Shown: piece after piece, positions 49,586 to 63,789 of the stretch | How positions within the stretch are numbered: the stretch's first letter is position 1 | Layout of the letters: every line of letters starts with the position of its first letter | From: Camelus dromedarius | Lineage: Eukaryota | DNA length: 64,000 bases | Assembly: GCF_036321535.1 (NCBI RefSeq) | Contig: NC_087437.1 | Coordinates: forward strand, 62,870,001-62,934,000 | Reading direction: 5' to 3' | Translations under genes and position numbers: made by a program | Notes under the pieces: model-generated | Told to the model about the DNA's origin: nothing | Database searches by the model: none | Seen by the model: the letters and a program-made list of their open reading frames with translations, nothing else

Positions 49586-52217
49586 CTAGAACACAGGTGT
49601 CAGGACAAGAACATAGGTGAATGGAGCTTCCACAGAGCTGCTACCTTCTGTGATGGATCCTTCAGCCAGAGAGCTCATTATCTTCTACCCACAGTTGAAG
49701 AGAGGACAGGACGGGTCTAGATAATTAAAATCTCCCTAATTATGCCTGCATCCTGTGCCACAAGAGACTTATTTTAAGTACCAACCTCATTCCCAGCATC
49801 ATGTTTTCTTTTCAACCTTTATAACTCCTCAGTCCATTTCCTCACCCACTTAGTTTAAACATTACTTTATCTGATTGCATTGTATGTATGTTTCTGAAGT
49901 TCCTTCTGGGACATAGTAAGGTATAAATGAATAAATTCCATCTGTTGGTATCGTTTTCTTTTTTTTAAGGCCCATGTCAAATATCAACAACTTTTTGAAA
50001 TCTCCCATACCTAACCACTCCCATTAGAAACAATCTCTTCATCATCCACTAAAACCAGACCATTTTGTATGTACCACCTCTGTGGCACTCACCACAGCCT
50101 GCCTTATTCTGTTATTTTGACTTCTGTTTTGACCATTCTCTCCCTCCCTCCCACCTCCTTAGAACATAAACTCCCAGAAGACTAGAGTGATATATTAGTC
50201 ATATTTTAATCTGACCCAGTTCCTAGCATAGTACCTCATGTGCGACAGGTATGTAGTAATGTTTTTAAAAGAGTGAACGACTACCTATGGAAAATACACT
50301 GAGCAGTGGGTCCAATCTCCTACATCTTGCAAAATAGTCAAGAGTAGGCAGGTTTGAGCTTTGATTGGTTAAATAACGCAAAGGGAGAAGAAGGAAAACA
50401 AGCAAAATAGTATGAATTGTCTACACACTGGACCATTAGAAAGAGGGAGTATGTTCTAATTGACTTAAATTATTTAGAGGCTATGGCTAGGCTGAGTAAA
50501 ATTTCTAGGTGACCTTAATTAGTACTAGGGGAAAGAAAACTCAGCTAGGGAATATTAGAATAGAAGGAGAAACAGCTGACACTGTCTAGACAGTCTCGGC
50601 TGAAATGGAGACGTGGCAATTATCCAGCTAATAGAGTCAAGTGCAAATAATCCAACCAGAAGTATTAAACCTTGAAAATCTACCTTGTGTCTGATCATCA
50701 GAAAATTGCCAAATATTTGCTTTATTAAGGCATCTGAGAGTTTGCTTGGAGAGGAAATAAAAATTCTTCTGAAATTTTGAGATCAGTAAATACCATCCAT
50801 CTGTTACTTCAAGGCAAAGCAGAAGACACCACAATCTGTTTCAAATAGTTTCAGATTTTTTTCCTTCTCTCAACTTCTTCATTTAAACAGTTAGAAAAAT
50901 ACTAAGCCTGGTCTCCTATTTCATAAACCTCACAGGTATTTCTCAAATTCCCTCCTTGGGCAGAAAATGACTGATGCCCTATTGTGCACGGATAACATCG
51001 GGACATAAACCCCACTGAAGCAGGGCTATTTGGATTGAGATGTTAATTCATGGGCCGCCTGGCAGATTGTGGATAAGATGCCAATCTGTAAAGCAATTAG
51101 TTGCAGGAAATAACTGCTCAGAGTGTATGTGTGAAATCTCTGATGCCACTGGTGTTCTGTGGCTGGCTGACTAGAGCTGCTAATGATTTCTGAAAGCTGG
51201 CTGGAAGTTTGGGGACATGCACACACGAATTGCATGCCTAAACGCTTCTCATCTTTGGAAAATGGAGCTTACAATTTATAGTTTTGAACTATGGAAGTCC
51301 TTCTGCCATGATTCACTGCATTTTGCTTGGTTCAAGATTCATTTAAAGGTGTCAAAGAAACATTTTCTCAATGTGCATCACAAATCAATGCTTGGGGGCA
51401 ATTTGACTCCCTCTGGGCCTCCTGAGTCTTGCTGGAATATTTCCTTTCTGGTCTCAGCCAACTGAAAACATCAGTTAGAGCTATGGTTGTGGGATCCCCA
51501 TCTAACAGGTTGTTCATTTAGAAATATAGGTTTCAGTCTCTCCATCTTTCATTAAATCATACCATAACCTTGATATTCTTGTTCATTTTTATTTCCTAGA
51601 TGCTGTTTATAAAGGCATTCCAGGCCTTCAGCATGGGAGATTTGATTTTAGAAAGATAAAAACGTATGGTAGTTTATTTAATCAATGGCTTGGCTTCAGG
51701 GGTGGGACAGATGCTGATGATTAAAGTCCCATGCATTTTCATCTTCCCAAAATCAAATCTCCCATGTTGAAGTCCTGGACTCAGTCCTAGAAGCTGAACT
51801 GAGGCAGTGTAGAAAGAGCACAAAATCGAAAGGCAGAACACGTGGCTTTGTTACAACCTGGTAAAAACACTTAACCCCTCTGAACCGCAACTTTTTCATT
51901 TGCAAAGGTAGGGTAACAGTGCCTTCCCTTCTGTACCAGGGTTGATGCAACATACTGTGAAATGCAAAGCCTGACTGATGACGGTGGTGCTGGTGAGTTT
52001 TAGTTTTGAGGCAAAGCTAGGTAGGTAATGCTATGATTCTTCACTTATACCTCTCACAATGAGAAGAGAAACTTTAAGAATATTGATTTTTATTCTAGTA
52101 TTTGTAGAGCCTTATTGGTTTATTCTGATGTGATGTAGACACTTTAGCTGTTTTGTTATCATCTTTGTACTCTGATCAATGACAACTCTTGTTGGTATGA
52201 TTTTCTATTACTGTTTT

Positions 52218-52540
52218 TACAAAACAGAAATAGACTCACAGACATAGAAAACAAACTTACGTTTACCAGGGAGGAAAGGGGGTGGGAAGGGATAAATGGG
52301 GAGTTTGAGATTTGTAGATACTAACTACTATATATAAAATAGATAAACAAGGTCCTACTGTATAGCACAGGGAACTATATTCAGTACCTTGTAATGGCCT
52401 ATAAGGAAAAAGAATATGAAAAGAAATCTGTATTTATATCTATACCTGTATCTATATATATAAAAACATAACTGAATCACTATGCTGTATACCAGAAATT
52501 AACACAACATTGTAAATTAACTACACTTCAATTAAAAAAG
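52218..52540 (+). mobile_element. 5'-truncated cetartiodactyl L1 3' end (second subfamily)
   Basis: ACAAAACAGAAATAGACTCACAGACATAGAAAAC..TATAGCACAGGGAACTATATTCAG..AACTACACTTCAATTAAAAAA. Confidence 0.88.
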
Positions 52541-52689
52541 ATTAAATAAGAAAAAAGATTACTTGAGCATTCTTTAAATAATTATGCTTTGCATAATAAC
52601 AATAAGTTTTCTTTTTACTAAAAAATACTCTATTACTGTAATCCTTTATCTTCCTGGTTCATAAAATTGGTGATTTATTCTTCTGTGAG

Positions 52690-52890
52690 CATCCAAGTGA
52701 GTGAAAGGCAGCAGCAGAAATTTTGTAACAAGAATGAGAAAATGTTGGTCCTACTGATCTTGAGCTGTGTGACTTTGGAAATGTCATTTAATCTCTCTGA
52801 GGCTCAGTTTTCTCATCTGTCATATGGTAAGTCACAGGGTATAGATGAAATGAAATAACTAACATAAAAGTATTTTGCAAACCACAAAAT
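52690..52890. mobile_element. MIR SINE
   Basis: AGCTGTGTGACTTTGG..TTAATCTCTCTGAGGCTCAGTTTTCTCATCTGT. Confidence 0.75.
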
Positions 52891-55409
52891 GTGACCCTTA
52901 GAACGAACATTTTATGTTGGTCATCCACCTTAGACAACAGTTTACCTATAGGTTACATGGTCTTTGAAGGTCACGTTGAGCCCTAACATTCCTTACTTCT
53001 TTCAAAATTCAGAGACTGTCCTGTGACCACAGGATAACAGAGAAACTTGGCTCTGTAGAAATGAGGGTCTGGAAGACCCTTGCTGCTTGGGGACTTAGGA
53101 GCTAGGCTACAAATTCAGCTCGGTCAGAGCTGAGAGGGGGAACTGAGTGATGGAGATATATTGCATCCTCAGGCCAAGGAAGCTCAGATGATCCCGTGTT
53201 AGGAGAAGAATGGATGTGATTAACTGGACGTGAATGTCCACAATGATGATGCCATCGAAGCTGGGCAAGCTGGATCCTGTGACTTCGCAGGGTAGGGCAG
53301 CTGCTCACATAGGCTGTGTTCTCTAGGTAATGCTGACAATAAGGCTATGAGGGACACTGATTCTAACTCCTGCTACTGCAGATGACTTATCACAAGGCAC
53401 AGTCGTTTCTGAAACTCCAGCCACAGGAAAACCATCAGCCCCTCAGACAGTAACTGGGAGCCTGCCACATTTCTAGTGCTTCTTAGTTTGAAAAATTCAC
53501 GGTTTATGAGATTATACATGTTCATCCTTCATGGTTTTACAGGCTGTGACTGTGTGTCTTGTTAACAAATGGATAGTACTTGTCCCTTTGGCTGCCTCTC
53601 TTTTGGATCTACTCCAGCTCCTTTCTAACTTTTATGCACAGTGAACAGAACAAAACACCATATTCTCTAGAGGAACATGAGAAGGTAATATGTTCTTCTT
53701 TGTTTTAAATTCCCATCTTGATCACATGCAAATTTTGGCCAGTATTTGGTCCATGGGGGTAATTTAAGGCAATGTCTTTAGTAGACAAATAAGCATGATT
53801 TCTTTCTCCATAGCTTAGAGCTCCAACATCTTATAAATCCATTTCGGCCTATTTTCTGCTAAATGCATTGCTCTGTAGGAATACATATGGAAATTCAGTT
53901 AGTTTTATGCCCATTAAATAGGTTTTTCAAACCTTCCTGAATTATCTAATAAATGTGAGGTCATCCTTACCAGAGTAGCAATTTTCCTGGAAAGCAATCA
54001 GAGCATTCTGTGGGGTCTGGAGAATGGTCTAAGCTATTTTTCTAGAAGAAAGGGAGCACCTGGGTGGTCCAGGGCCCTATACCATGAGCTGGAATCAGGA
54101 GAGCAGCTTCCCTTCAAGGCTCAGTGTTTCTCTGGAGGGGTTAGGCCATTTATTTTAGATACAAAGTCCTGTATAATCCCTTCAGAAAGAAAACCACTTG
54201 CATTAATCAGTTTCATTTGCTCTAAATGCTTAAAAATAATTTTCAGTCCAATTTCTGTGACATCATCATTCCTCAAAGCTTCAGTTTATATAACTGAAGT
54301 GGCGTTAACTACACTTACGGGTATGAAGGCCAAATCTAAACCTTTAAGTGATGAGCTCTAATGACAGAGCTGTATGATGACACATTGCTGTCCTCTCCCT
54401 TCCTGTCCCCACTGATGGCATTTCAATAAGGTCTTTTCATTCTTTCTTTCTTCCCTTTTTTTTTTTTTGAGAGTAACTTCAAAAGAGAAACTCTGGAGCT
54501 AGTGTCTAAATTTAGCCCCACTGATCAATACTGACATCTAAATTAACTCCCTGTTTCCAAGTGTCAACAGCTTCCAAATCAATATTTCCCACTCCACCAA
54601 CGTCCATCAAACACAAACACCTTCTCTGAAACTGCATCAGACGACTCCCAAAAGAAAGAGCCCATGTCGACAAGGAAAACAAGTCTGTCCAATGAGGCAT
54701 GGTGGCTTAACCGTGCAGGCAGTACCTCGGCGCCTCCAGGGGCCGCCGTCCTTTGCAAAGGCCTTCACGGGTTTCCTAAAGGCTGACCCGAGCCATCCAG
54801 TCCCAATTTGAACTACAACTCCCTTTGCATCATTCCTGCCATGATGGAGAGAAGAAGGAATGTTCTCACTCCCACAGACGAATACTTTTTTTTTGTCCTC
54901 CAGTTCATGAAACACTTAATGGGAATGTATACAGATATTAGTCAAGCCTGGGTTATCCATGGACGGATGATCCACTTCCCCACTTGACAAACTACCTTTC
55001 ATCGTCCCAGCTCCCCATCCTGTGCAAAATGTATACTTGGAGGATGAAAATTCATTTCATTTCCATTTTCATCTCAGTCAAGAAAAACATAATTAGGAAG
55101 CTGGCCCTATTATTAGTGCTGTAGCGAAAAATAAATAAAATAAAACACCAGGAACAAAAGCAATGGCATATATTTCATTTCAAAGTCAATTAGGAATAAT
55201 TTCCCTGTTATCTGGATATTTTATTCAGATGACTGTGAAAAAGGAGAATGGAGGAGAACTCCCATGGCCTGCTGGAGCCACTGACTCACCAGGCAGGCGC
55301 CGGCCCTCTGCCACGGTGCTGCAGCAGACTGCACTCTGCTGGAGGGCTTCTTTCTATTTCTCCCGGGACTCCAGGGTGGGAGAGGGGCCCAGCAGAGGCA
55401 AACTGTAGG

Positions 55410-55610
55410 ACCTTGGATTCATGAGGCCTGGGCTCAACTTTGAGCTAACTAGTCAAGAGGCCCTGGGAGCACTAATCCTCTGGTCCTCAGTTTCCTCATT
55501 TGTAAAGTAAATGTATATCACAGTCCCCCATGGGCCTGTTCTCCTTAAGTGAGATCCCACGTAAGAAAGTACTTCTCCTATGAAAATAAAGACTATCATT
55601 ACTGCCAAGA
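55410..55610. mobile_element. MIR SINE
   Basis: CCTCAGTTTCCTCATTTGTAAAGT. Confidence 0.65.
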
Positions 55611-57089
55611 GGTTCAGAATTTGTATACTCATCACTGCACTGGGCTAGCTAGGATTCCTCCCATGTCCCCATGAATAACAGGTCTCTCCAGGGACTCAGG
55701 TGTGACCCCAGGGCAATTAAACAGAAAAGCAGCAGTGGTCTGGCTTTGCCTGGGGCTCAGTGATTTCACCTGAGCTCAAGACGGATCGTCAGCACAGAGA
55801 GGGCGGGCCCTGGCTGAGCACTGATTGGAGAAGAAGGAGGGTAGGGAAGATCATTTTGCATATTATAATAAATAATATAGAATAACTAAAAGAGAAGCAT
55901 CAGCAAGGAATACCCTGAATAAAAGGGCCTGAGCAATAAATAAATAAAATATGATGTCTTTTTTTCTTGTGCTAAATTAATAGACAAATGTAAAAACTCT
56001 AGCAGTCACTGTACATAAGGAAAAAAACATTTAAAAGAGGAAGATGTATCTCTGCTTAGGATACTTTGGGTGGGGCTCTGCTTAGAGGAAGCAGGTGGAT
56101 GGGGTTGCTTGGGAAAGTGTGGAGCGGAAGGAGTAAACACTGAAGTGCTGTGGAGTCTGCCCTGCCAGGAAGCCGTCCTGGACCCATGGAGGGTGATGGT
56201 GAGTTCAGTGTGACCTTTGTCTGGTGACTTCTCTAAGCTTCAGAGACCTCCTCTGTAAGGACAGTAATATCTGCTTCAGAGAATGGTTGTGAGGACTGAT
56301 TAAGAGATAGGTACAAAAGGCAGGTACTCAGTAAATGGAATTATGATTACATTTGTATTTCTTCAATCCCACTTTGTCTAAATAGGAAATCCCCATTCAT
56401 TATGCTAATGATTCCCACTTAGTCTGTTCAAAATATAAATATGTAGTATTTTTAAAATGTGCCATTGGTCATTGTATGTATGTTCCTAAAGAGTCCTAGG
56501 AACCGTAAGGGTATATTCTTTAGTAAAATAGTATCATGTCTCATACAGGTAAGAACTCTTCTCTTTTTAAAAGTGGCTTTAATGTGTCTAGAACATTTTC
56601 TTATGAGAACTATACACACATTGAAAGAATGATGGGAACTGAACGATGGCTACCACATACTGTCTATATCTCAAGTGCAGTACTAGGCACACAGGTGCCC
56701 CACATTAATCAGCCTGGCTCTAAAGCCTGCATACGCTTATTGATAAGGGCTTTGTATTTCCCATGAACTCTGCGCAGGATTGAGGATAGAAAGGAAGAGA
56801 ATGGACTCAGTGGCTAAGAACAACTTGGAAAAGTACTGGAATGCTCTCCTTAGATTGTTATAAGGCAGAGAAATGATGCATGTGTAGTCTGAGCCGTTGT
56901 ACCATTAGATCTGTTTGTCGGAGCCAATAGATAGCAGCCTAGTTTTCAGAAACAAATGCAACCACACCTTACCTTACCTATTTCCTAAGTTCCGGGTATA
57001 CCTGTGGCTCTGTATGCCTTACCCCGTACCAGGAACAGGCTCAGGTCAGACTCAGCTGCTGGGAAGCCCAGGCTGAAGGCAGAGGGCTA

Positions 57090-57365
<276 letters not shown>

Positions 57366-60300
57366 CTAACAGCACGCTCTCAACCTCTGCATATCCCTCT
57401 GTGAAATCGGACAAATCACCATAACAAGCCTTTGTTTGGGATGCTCAAACCATGCCATCTCTTTTGGATTAACTCATCTTTTGCCAGGGAATAACTCTTC
57501 AACAGATGATTGCTTACCTAATTATCAACTGGGGTCAAAGAGGTGGTTTTCTGGAGTCCATCCCCAGACAAGGCGGCACACGGCAGTCCCCACAAGGGGA
57601 CTGCCAATACCAGAATATTCACAACCAAGCCTCTTCATCATATTGGGAAATACAAAGTCCAAAAGACCCTGTCTCAGGAACTTCTGCCCAAGGCACCTCT
57701 CTTTTAGCTGGTCAGATGCAATTTACCATTAGATGTTAAGTAAACTCTCAAGAGAATAGTTGGGCAGTGGTGATTTTATTAGCCAACTGTTTAGGTCCCC
57801 TAAAAGAGCAACTCTAAGAAATACATGCTAGCTCTCTATATTGTTTCTCAGACACAGGCAAACACACCTGATAACCACACCCCAGCAGTGTCACAGGGGT
57901 ACTGAGTGCTTATCCATTTGGAAAAACCATCACACGAAATTGTGCCCTCACCTGGAGAGTTTGCTTATCCTTCTACTGATTCAAAGCATAGTAAGCCCAG
58001 CCAGTCGCTGACAAGGGCTGCCAGTGTGATTAATAAACTCCCAACCATCTGACCTGTGATGGGAGCCTCGAATCAATACCCACCAGGCAGAAGCTGTGGC
58101 TCCATTCCTTGCTCACCCCCTCCCCACCTCCTTGTCTTATTTTTCCTGTGTGTACCTCTCCCAGCAAACACATTCGCTCTCTGCTCCAAGCCAGTGCTCC
58201 GATTCGCACATTATCACCAGCACACCTGTAGTAGCCTTCCTCCAACAGATTTCTGCTTCAGGAAGGGTTGTTAACAAACTCTGAGACAGAGTGAAGGTGC
58301 TGCGTAGTTATCTAGGTCCTCTAGCCTGTCCTCTAGTGACTTGAATGTGATCCCTTACTTAGCTGTGATAGACCACACGGAAAGTGGGGAGCCGGCCCTG
58401 AGTCAGAATCATGATCTTGGGCAAGTTACCTAAATCCCCAGCAACTTCGCTTTCCTTATATGTACAAGAGGACTTTAAGTCTCTCTCTACCTCAAAGGCT
58501 ACCTACTTCAGGAGCTGGTTGGGAGGATTAAATGAGATGATGCATCTGAGGCGTCTGTCACAGATCACAATAAACACGCTTTGCTCCTTAGTTCCAGGGC
58601 TGGCCCGCTTTCTGACCCAAACTTTCAACTTTTTGCCTTCTGACATTCATGCCCTCTTGGTTCCTATTTATCTCCAACTTCATGCAAGTTGTAACCCGTA
58701 CTGTTTCTTGATTCTTATTGTCCAGCTATTTCTGTTTCAGCCTTGGCTTCGGGAAAATCCTCACTCTGGATTGCTTGCCTCCTTCTGATCCCTGACTCCA
58801 CCTGGGTCTGCTGATTCTTAGTTCTGTCCAGATCCTTTCCCTGGGTCCACATCCTGGAATCTATGGCCCAATGCAGTTATGGATACGGATGAATAGAGTC
58901 TCAACCAACAATGGGGCTCAGACTCAAAAGCCCAGAAGATAAATACTTCCAAAGGGCACCAAAGGGTAGTGTACTTCCATGGGGATCACTCTCAGAGGAG
59001 ACCAACAATCTCAACGTATGGCCACATAAAAAATCAGTCCCCTTTGGGACACTTCCTCCTCCCTGTGACTCACAACATCAGAAATTTATCACCCCCCACC
59101 ACCACACCTGCCTGATACAGTGGGGGCGAATAAGGAAAGTCTGTACATGATAAGGGAAATTCACTTCTCAAGGCAAAAATAGTGTTTTACATAAGGACAA
59201 TATGGGAGAGTGTAAAATTTTTTTTCTGGTGTTACATGGTAATAATTTCAGTATCTTTTCACATTTATTTTTTTCTGTCAGTTTCATAATTCCAAGATCA
59301 GCTCCTGAAATATCTGTAAGACACAGGAAAGAATGGCTTGTTCTTTTGGCAGTCAGCTTCCTCCAGTTACTGTTTTTAATTAACAAGGAGATGAGGTAGA
59401 GCATCTCCTTGACTGAAATAAAAAAATAAGAAAAAATACAAAAATTTCTACCTCTGTAGTGCTAGGTTTCGTGGAATGACACTAGACCTCCATGTTTACT
59501 TTTTAAAAATGTAATTTAAGATCCACCTGCAGAAGTAGAGGCTCTTCCCTGCTTCCTGCCACAATGTGGATTTTTCCCAGCTCATTTTCATTCTGCATGC
59601 ATCTCTGGTGTTTGGTATGATGGGCTTGGGCAAAGTGTCTTTCTAGGAGAAGCTCATGGGCTCACCTCTGCCACATGACATGCAAATGGGCTCTCTAAGC
59701 CTGGTACTCATCAAAGGGGCCAGCCACCTGCTTAGAACATCATCCAGAGTGGGCTGCCTGCCCGCCCTGAGACTTGAGCCCTTCATTTTCAGCTATCTTG
59801 CTTGATATATAGATATTTTTTATGTGAGATGAACACAGGAAATAAAATGGATGAAGATGATGCCTACAACTCTCCTTCACCACTCATCATGTTGTGGATG
59901 GAGTGGGAGAAACATGAAGAGTGACTCCAGCCACACCAAGAAGAATAGAAACTCACCTCTCTCTTCTGGTGCCCCCAAACACATTGGCATGAGTCCCAGC
60001 TAATACCCATCACCTGGTAAGTGCCATCAATCAATAGCAAATAGTGTTTTCTTATGTTGACATTACTGCCCTCAATCTAATCAGAGGCCTAACTGTCTTC
60101 CTTACAGGGTCTCCAGAGATGCAAGATGTGTTCTTACCATCAAGGAGTGAAATAGATTCATAATGAAATAGTTCATCAATCTCTCTAAAAAAGCTGCACT
60201 GAGGTTTCTTTCTGATGTGCCCCCACAAGTCCTATACACAGTCCTGTGTCAGAACAGCCCCACTGAGGTTGGTTCCTTACTAACTAGTCCATGTTCTCAC

Positions 60301-60796
60301 AGGAATGCAGGTTCCCTGGGGCCAGGGCCAGGTGTATTTTATGCATCTCTGCATCTTTAGGACCTAACACAGTGCTTGACTCACCCCTAAAAATACCTGT
60401 TTAGTGAACACATGGGTCTCTTTAAGGAAAAGCTCAGGTCACCTGAGAGCTTTAGGGACAGATGTGGGTGTGAGTCCATGCTCTGCAGCCTGTTAATGGG
60501 GGTCTCTGGGCTCCGAATCCCCTCTGAGACTGAGTAAGATGGGAATCCCAACAGTGACTCCTCATGAGTGTTGTGAGGACTAAGAGATAAGGTATATACA
60601 GTGCCTAGTTAGTAAAACATCCATGTCCCCACTTTTTCCTTTCCCTGGGGGAAATTATAACACATCCTTTGTTGATTACTGATGGGACTGTTGAATGGCT
60701 TATATAAAATGGAAATATAAAATCTTACCATCAGGTGTTTATGAACTTGCTCAAAGTGTATCATTAGAAGTTATGCTGATTTGGATGCTGTTAGAC

Positions 60797-60972
60797 CAGT
60801 GCTCTCAACCTTGGCTCAAATTAGATTCATCCAGAGAACTTTAAAAAGTTGCCATGTCTTAGCCATACCCCAGACCAATAACATCAGAATCTCTGTGGGT
60901 AGGATCCAGGCATCAGGAAGTCTTAAAGCTCCCAGGGTGATTCCAACATGCAACCAAGACTGGAACCCACTG
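60797..60972. mobile_element. MER5-like DNA transposon
   Basis: CAGTGCTCTCAACCTTGGCT...CCCAGACCAAT..ATCAGAATCTCTG..CCCAGGGTGATTC..AACCCACTG. Confidence 0.75.
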
Positions 60973-61376
60973 GGTAGGGGGTACAATGGTCAGCGATGCA
61001 GGGACAGAGTTATTCTTTATGCTACACTCTGGTATCAGAATGCCCGGCAATGCCATTACTTAGGGCTCAAGTCCACAGTTAATAATAAAATGTTACTTTG
61101 CTTTCCTTTGCTGCCAGGTCAAGGGTACCACTTTAATTTCCTCAAGGACAGAGGTGGCTGTGGTCTAGGGTAGCAGTGAGGTACTCCTGCCTCTGCTGCT
61201 TGTACTTATAACGTGTCTTTGAACAGTTTGTGTGTTCTTCAAAAATCTGTCTGCTTCAGACAGAGAACATCTTCTTTTCTCTTTTCTCCTCCGCTTCCCA
61301 CTCCTCTTTCTGTGTCACTCCCTCAATATAACACCCAGTTCAGAAATGACAAAGTCCTTTAATCAGGTTTTTAGAT

Positions 61377-61540
61377 CAGTATCCTCAACCCTGGTACATC
61401 AGAATCACTTGGGAAGTTTAAAAAATCTGGGCCCACTCCAGACCAATTAAGTAAGAACCCCTGAGGGGTGGGGCCCAGATACTGGTATGTTTAAGAAGCT
61501 CTCCAGGTGATTCCAAATATGCAGCCAGGCTGAGAACCTT
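61377..61540. mobile_element. MER5A-like DNA transposon
   Basis: CAGTATCCTCAACCCTGG..CATCAGAATCACTTGG..GGTGGGGCCCAG..CCAGGTGATTC..GCAGCCAGGCTGAGAACC. Confidence 0.78.
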
Positions 61541-61899
61541 TGTTTTTTGTCTTGTTTTTTTTATTTTTAATCAGCGCCTCTTACCTTCCCCTCAGATCCA
61601 TATTCCTTCACTCCCGAGAAGCTTCCACTTTGGAAAAATATGGGCCTTTTCTTTCCTTTTATGACACAGTACAATTATTTATGGCCCATTATTTTTCCCT
61701 ATATCTGTTCCCCCTGGACTGATGTTCCTCCTTGATTAATTCAGCAAACATCAATATCAAGACGTAACCACTCTGCTGGATGCCGGGAATGTAAAGAGAA
61801 GGAAGGAGGGACCCTGCCCTCACGCTGCTGGAGAAACTACGGGAACACAAATAACCCCAGCAGAACTCAGCATGAGCTAGAACACGAGGATAATGTGCA

Positions 61900-62130
61900 G
61901 CAGGTAACAAGCTTTACTGAACTCTCACCACACTCAGGTTTTACCCCACTGCACCCTCACAATGACTCCATATGGTTAGAATTCCTATGATGGCTGTTTT
62001 CCAGAGGAAGGTGAGGCTTGGAGACATGAGGTAACATGCTCAAGGACACCCAGGTAGTGAGACGTGTGGCCATGATGCCAACCCAGGAAGTCTCTCGCTC
62101 TCCTACCAGTACTCTTAACCTCTACGTTTA
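61900..62130. mobile_element. MIR SINE
   Basis: TTTTCCAGAGGAAGGTGAGGCTTGGAG..GGTAACATGCTCAAGGACAC. Confidence 0.6.
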
Positions 62131-63789
62131 AGGAGAAGAGTGAGCCTCACAACCTAATTTAAGAATTTATTTAAATGCTGGGGCAGGGTTCTCCCCAGGC
62201 ACAGTAAAATTTAAACATCATTGGCACAGACTCCAAAGAGTTTTCACTTAAAAACCTTGTTTAGAGAGAGAACTTGATGCTTTGATGAAACAACAAAAGT
62301 GACATATCTACAGGAAACGCAGATTCTGTCTTCTTCCTGAGGTCACGTGTAACAGTCATATGGTCAAGTCACAGCAGGGAGAAGATCTGGGGCATAACCA
62401 ATGGGGGCAATGAGGCTGCATCACGGAAGGTGAGAATTGGAGGGGACGTGGGGAATGGAGGCCCATCGGCCACACTAGACAGAAGAAACTAAGGTCTAAA
62501 GAGAAAGAACAGGGACTTCCAAAGTCAGTCTGCTTGTTGGTGATGCAACTGGACCTTGGATTCAGCCAGCATGTTTTCCCCAATTTGACTCTTTCCAGCA
62601 AACCCTACCACTTCCCAACTTGAGGCCCAAATAGGTAACACTAAACAACGAGCAAGTGAAGAAATTGTTCCTATTTTGCCAACTATTCCTAAGGCTGATG
62701 TTGATTTAAGTGAAGGCTTTTGCTTTTGGTGAGGGTTGTTGGCACATTAGATGGATTTAGGAGAACCTGGCTGAATGCTAAAACTTCATACCTGAAAATA
62801 AAGATAAGGAAATTCCCTACTTCCATCTACGTTTGTAAAAATCAAAGCGTGAGCCCTTAATTAATTTGGCTTGGAGGGCTAAATACCAACCAACTTTTTG
62901 ATTGTGTTAATTGTCCTTTTTCTGAGACAACAGTTACTTTACCTTTAGTTCAAATATAGTTCATTAGACATACAAAGTAAATGCCCAACCCATTTATTCC
63001 CTCAGTCCTGTGTCTCTGAAGTCCTGTATTCCTTGGCCATTCAAGTCCTGGGCAAGGCCCGTTCTAGGTCCACCTCCAACCCCAATCCCTAACCCCAGCT
63101 CTGGTGTGACTGCCCTGTCCCTTCCTCCAAGCCAGAGATGAGATAGATGCCCAAGGTATATGGCAGCAGAATGAGCTTCCCTGAGGCCCTGGAATCATGT
63201 CCCTTGAGGCTTCCTGGGCTATGTCAGCCTGAGCAGCTGGCTGAGGCAGGAGCAGGGGAACAGCCAGTCCCAGCAGAGAGGGCTGAAGAGGCCAATCAAG
63301 GCTCTTTTAACAAAGCTCATTCCTAGAACAGGATATTGTGGGGGTGAGCATCCCATCTGCCTGGGGTATTTTCACCCACTCAGCCCTCACAGTTAAGGTG
63401 GCCGCCAAGCACAGCCAGTCTTCAAGGACTGCCAGCTCTGTTACCAAGGGTACTTGGCACTTAAACAGAGATGTGCTTGCCGAAGGTCTTGCCGGCATCC
63501 TGGTCCTAAGTGCCACAGGTTTTCAGGCAGATGAGGTTCTCCACCTGCCAGACACATCAGTATGTGAAAGGATGAGGGATCAGCATCCCTGCAGGGTTTC
63601 TCTGCACAGCATCTTTTTTGGGTACCATGTCTGCACTCTCATGGTTTCCAGTCTTAGCTGGATAGCCAGCTAACGTGAGCATCATGAGGACAAGCTGTAG
63701 GGTAAAACCCTGAGTCCAGACAAGATTCTCAGTCACAGTTTCTCCCTTCCCCAATAAGGCCTTGAAAAGGTACAAGCCATGGCCAAGAA

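Noticed and set aside
57950..58870. Possible ancient LTR (Gypsy-like) remnants; similar uncertain stretches at 53000-53480 and 62900-63730
   Set aside because: Resemblance is too vague to name or bound without Dfam.
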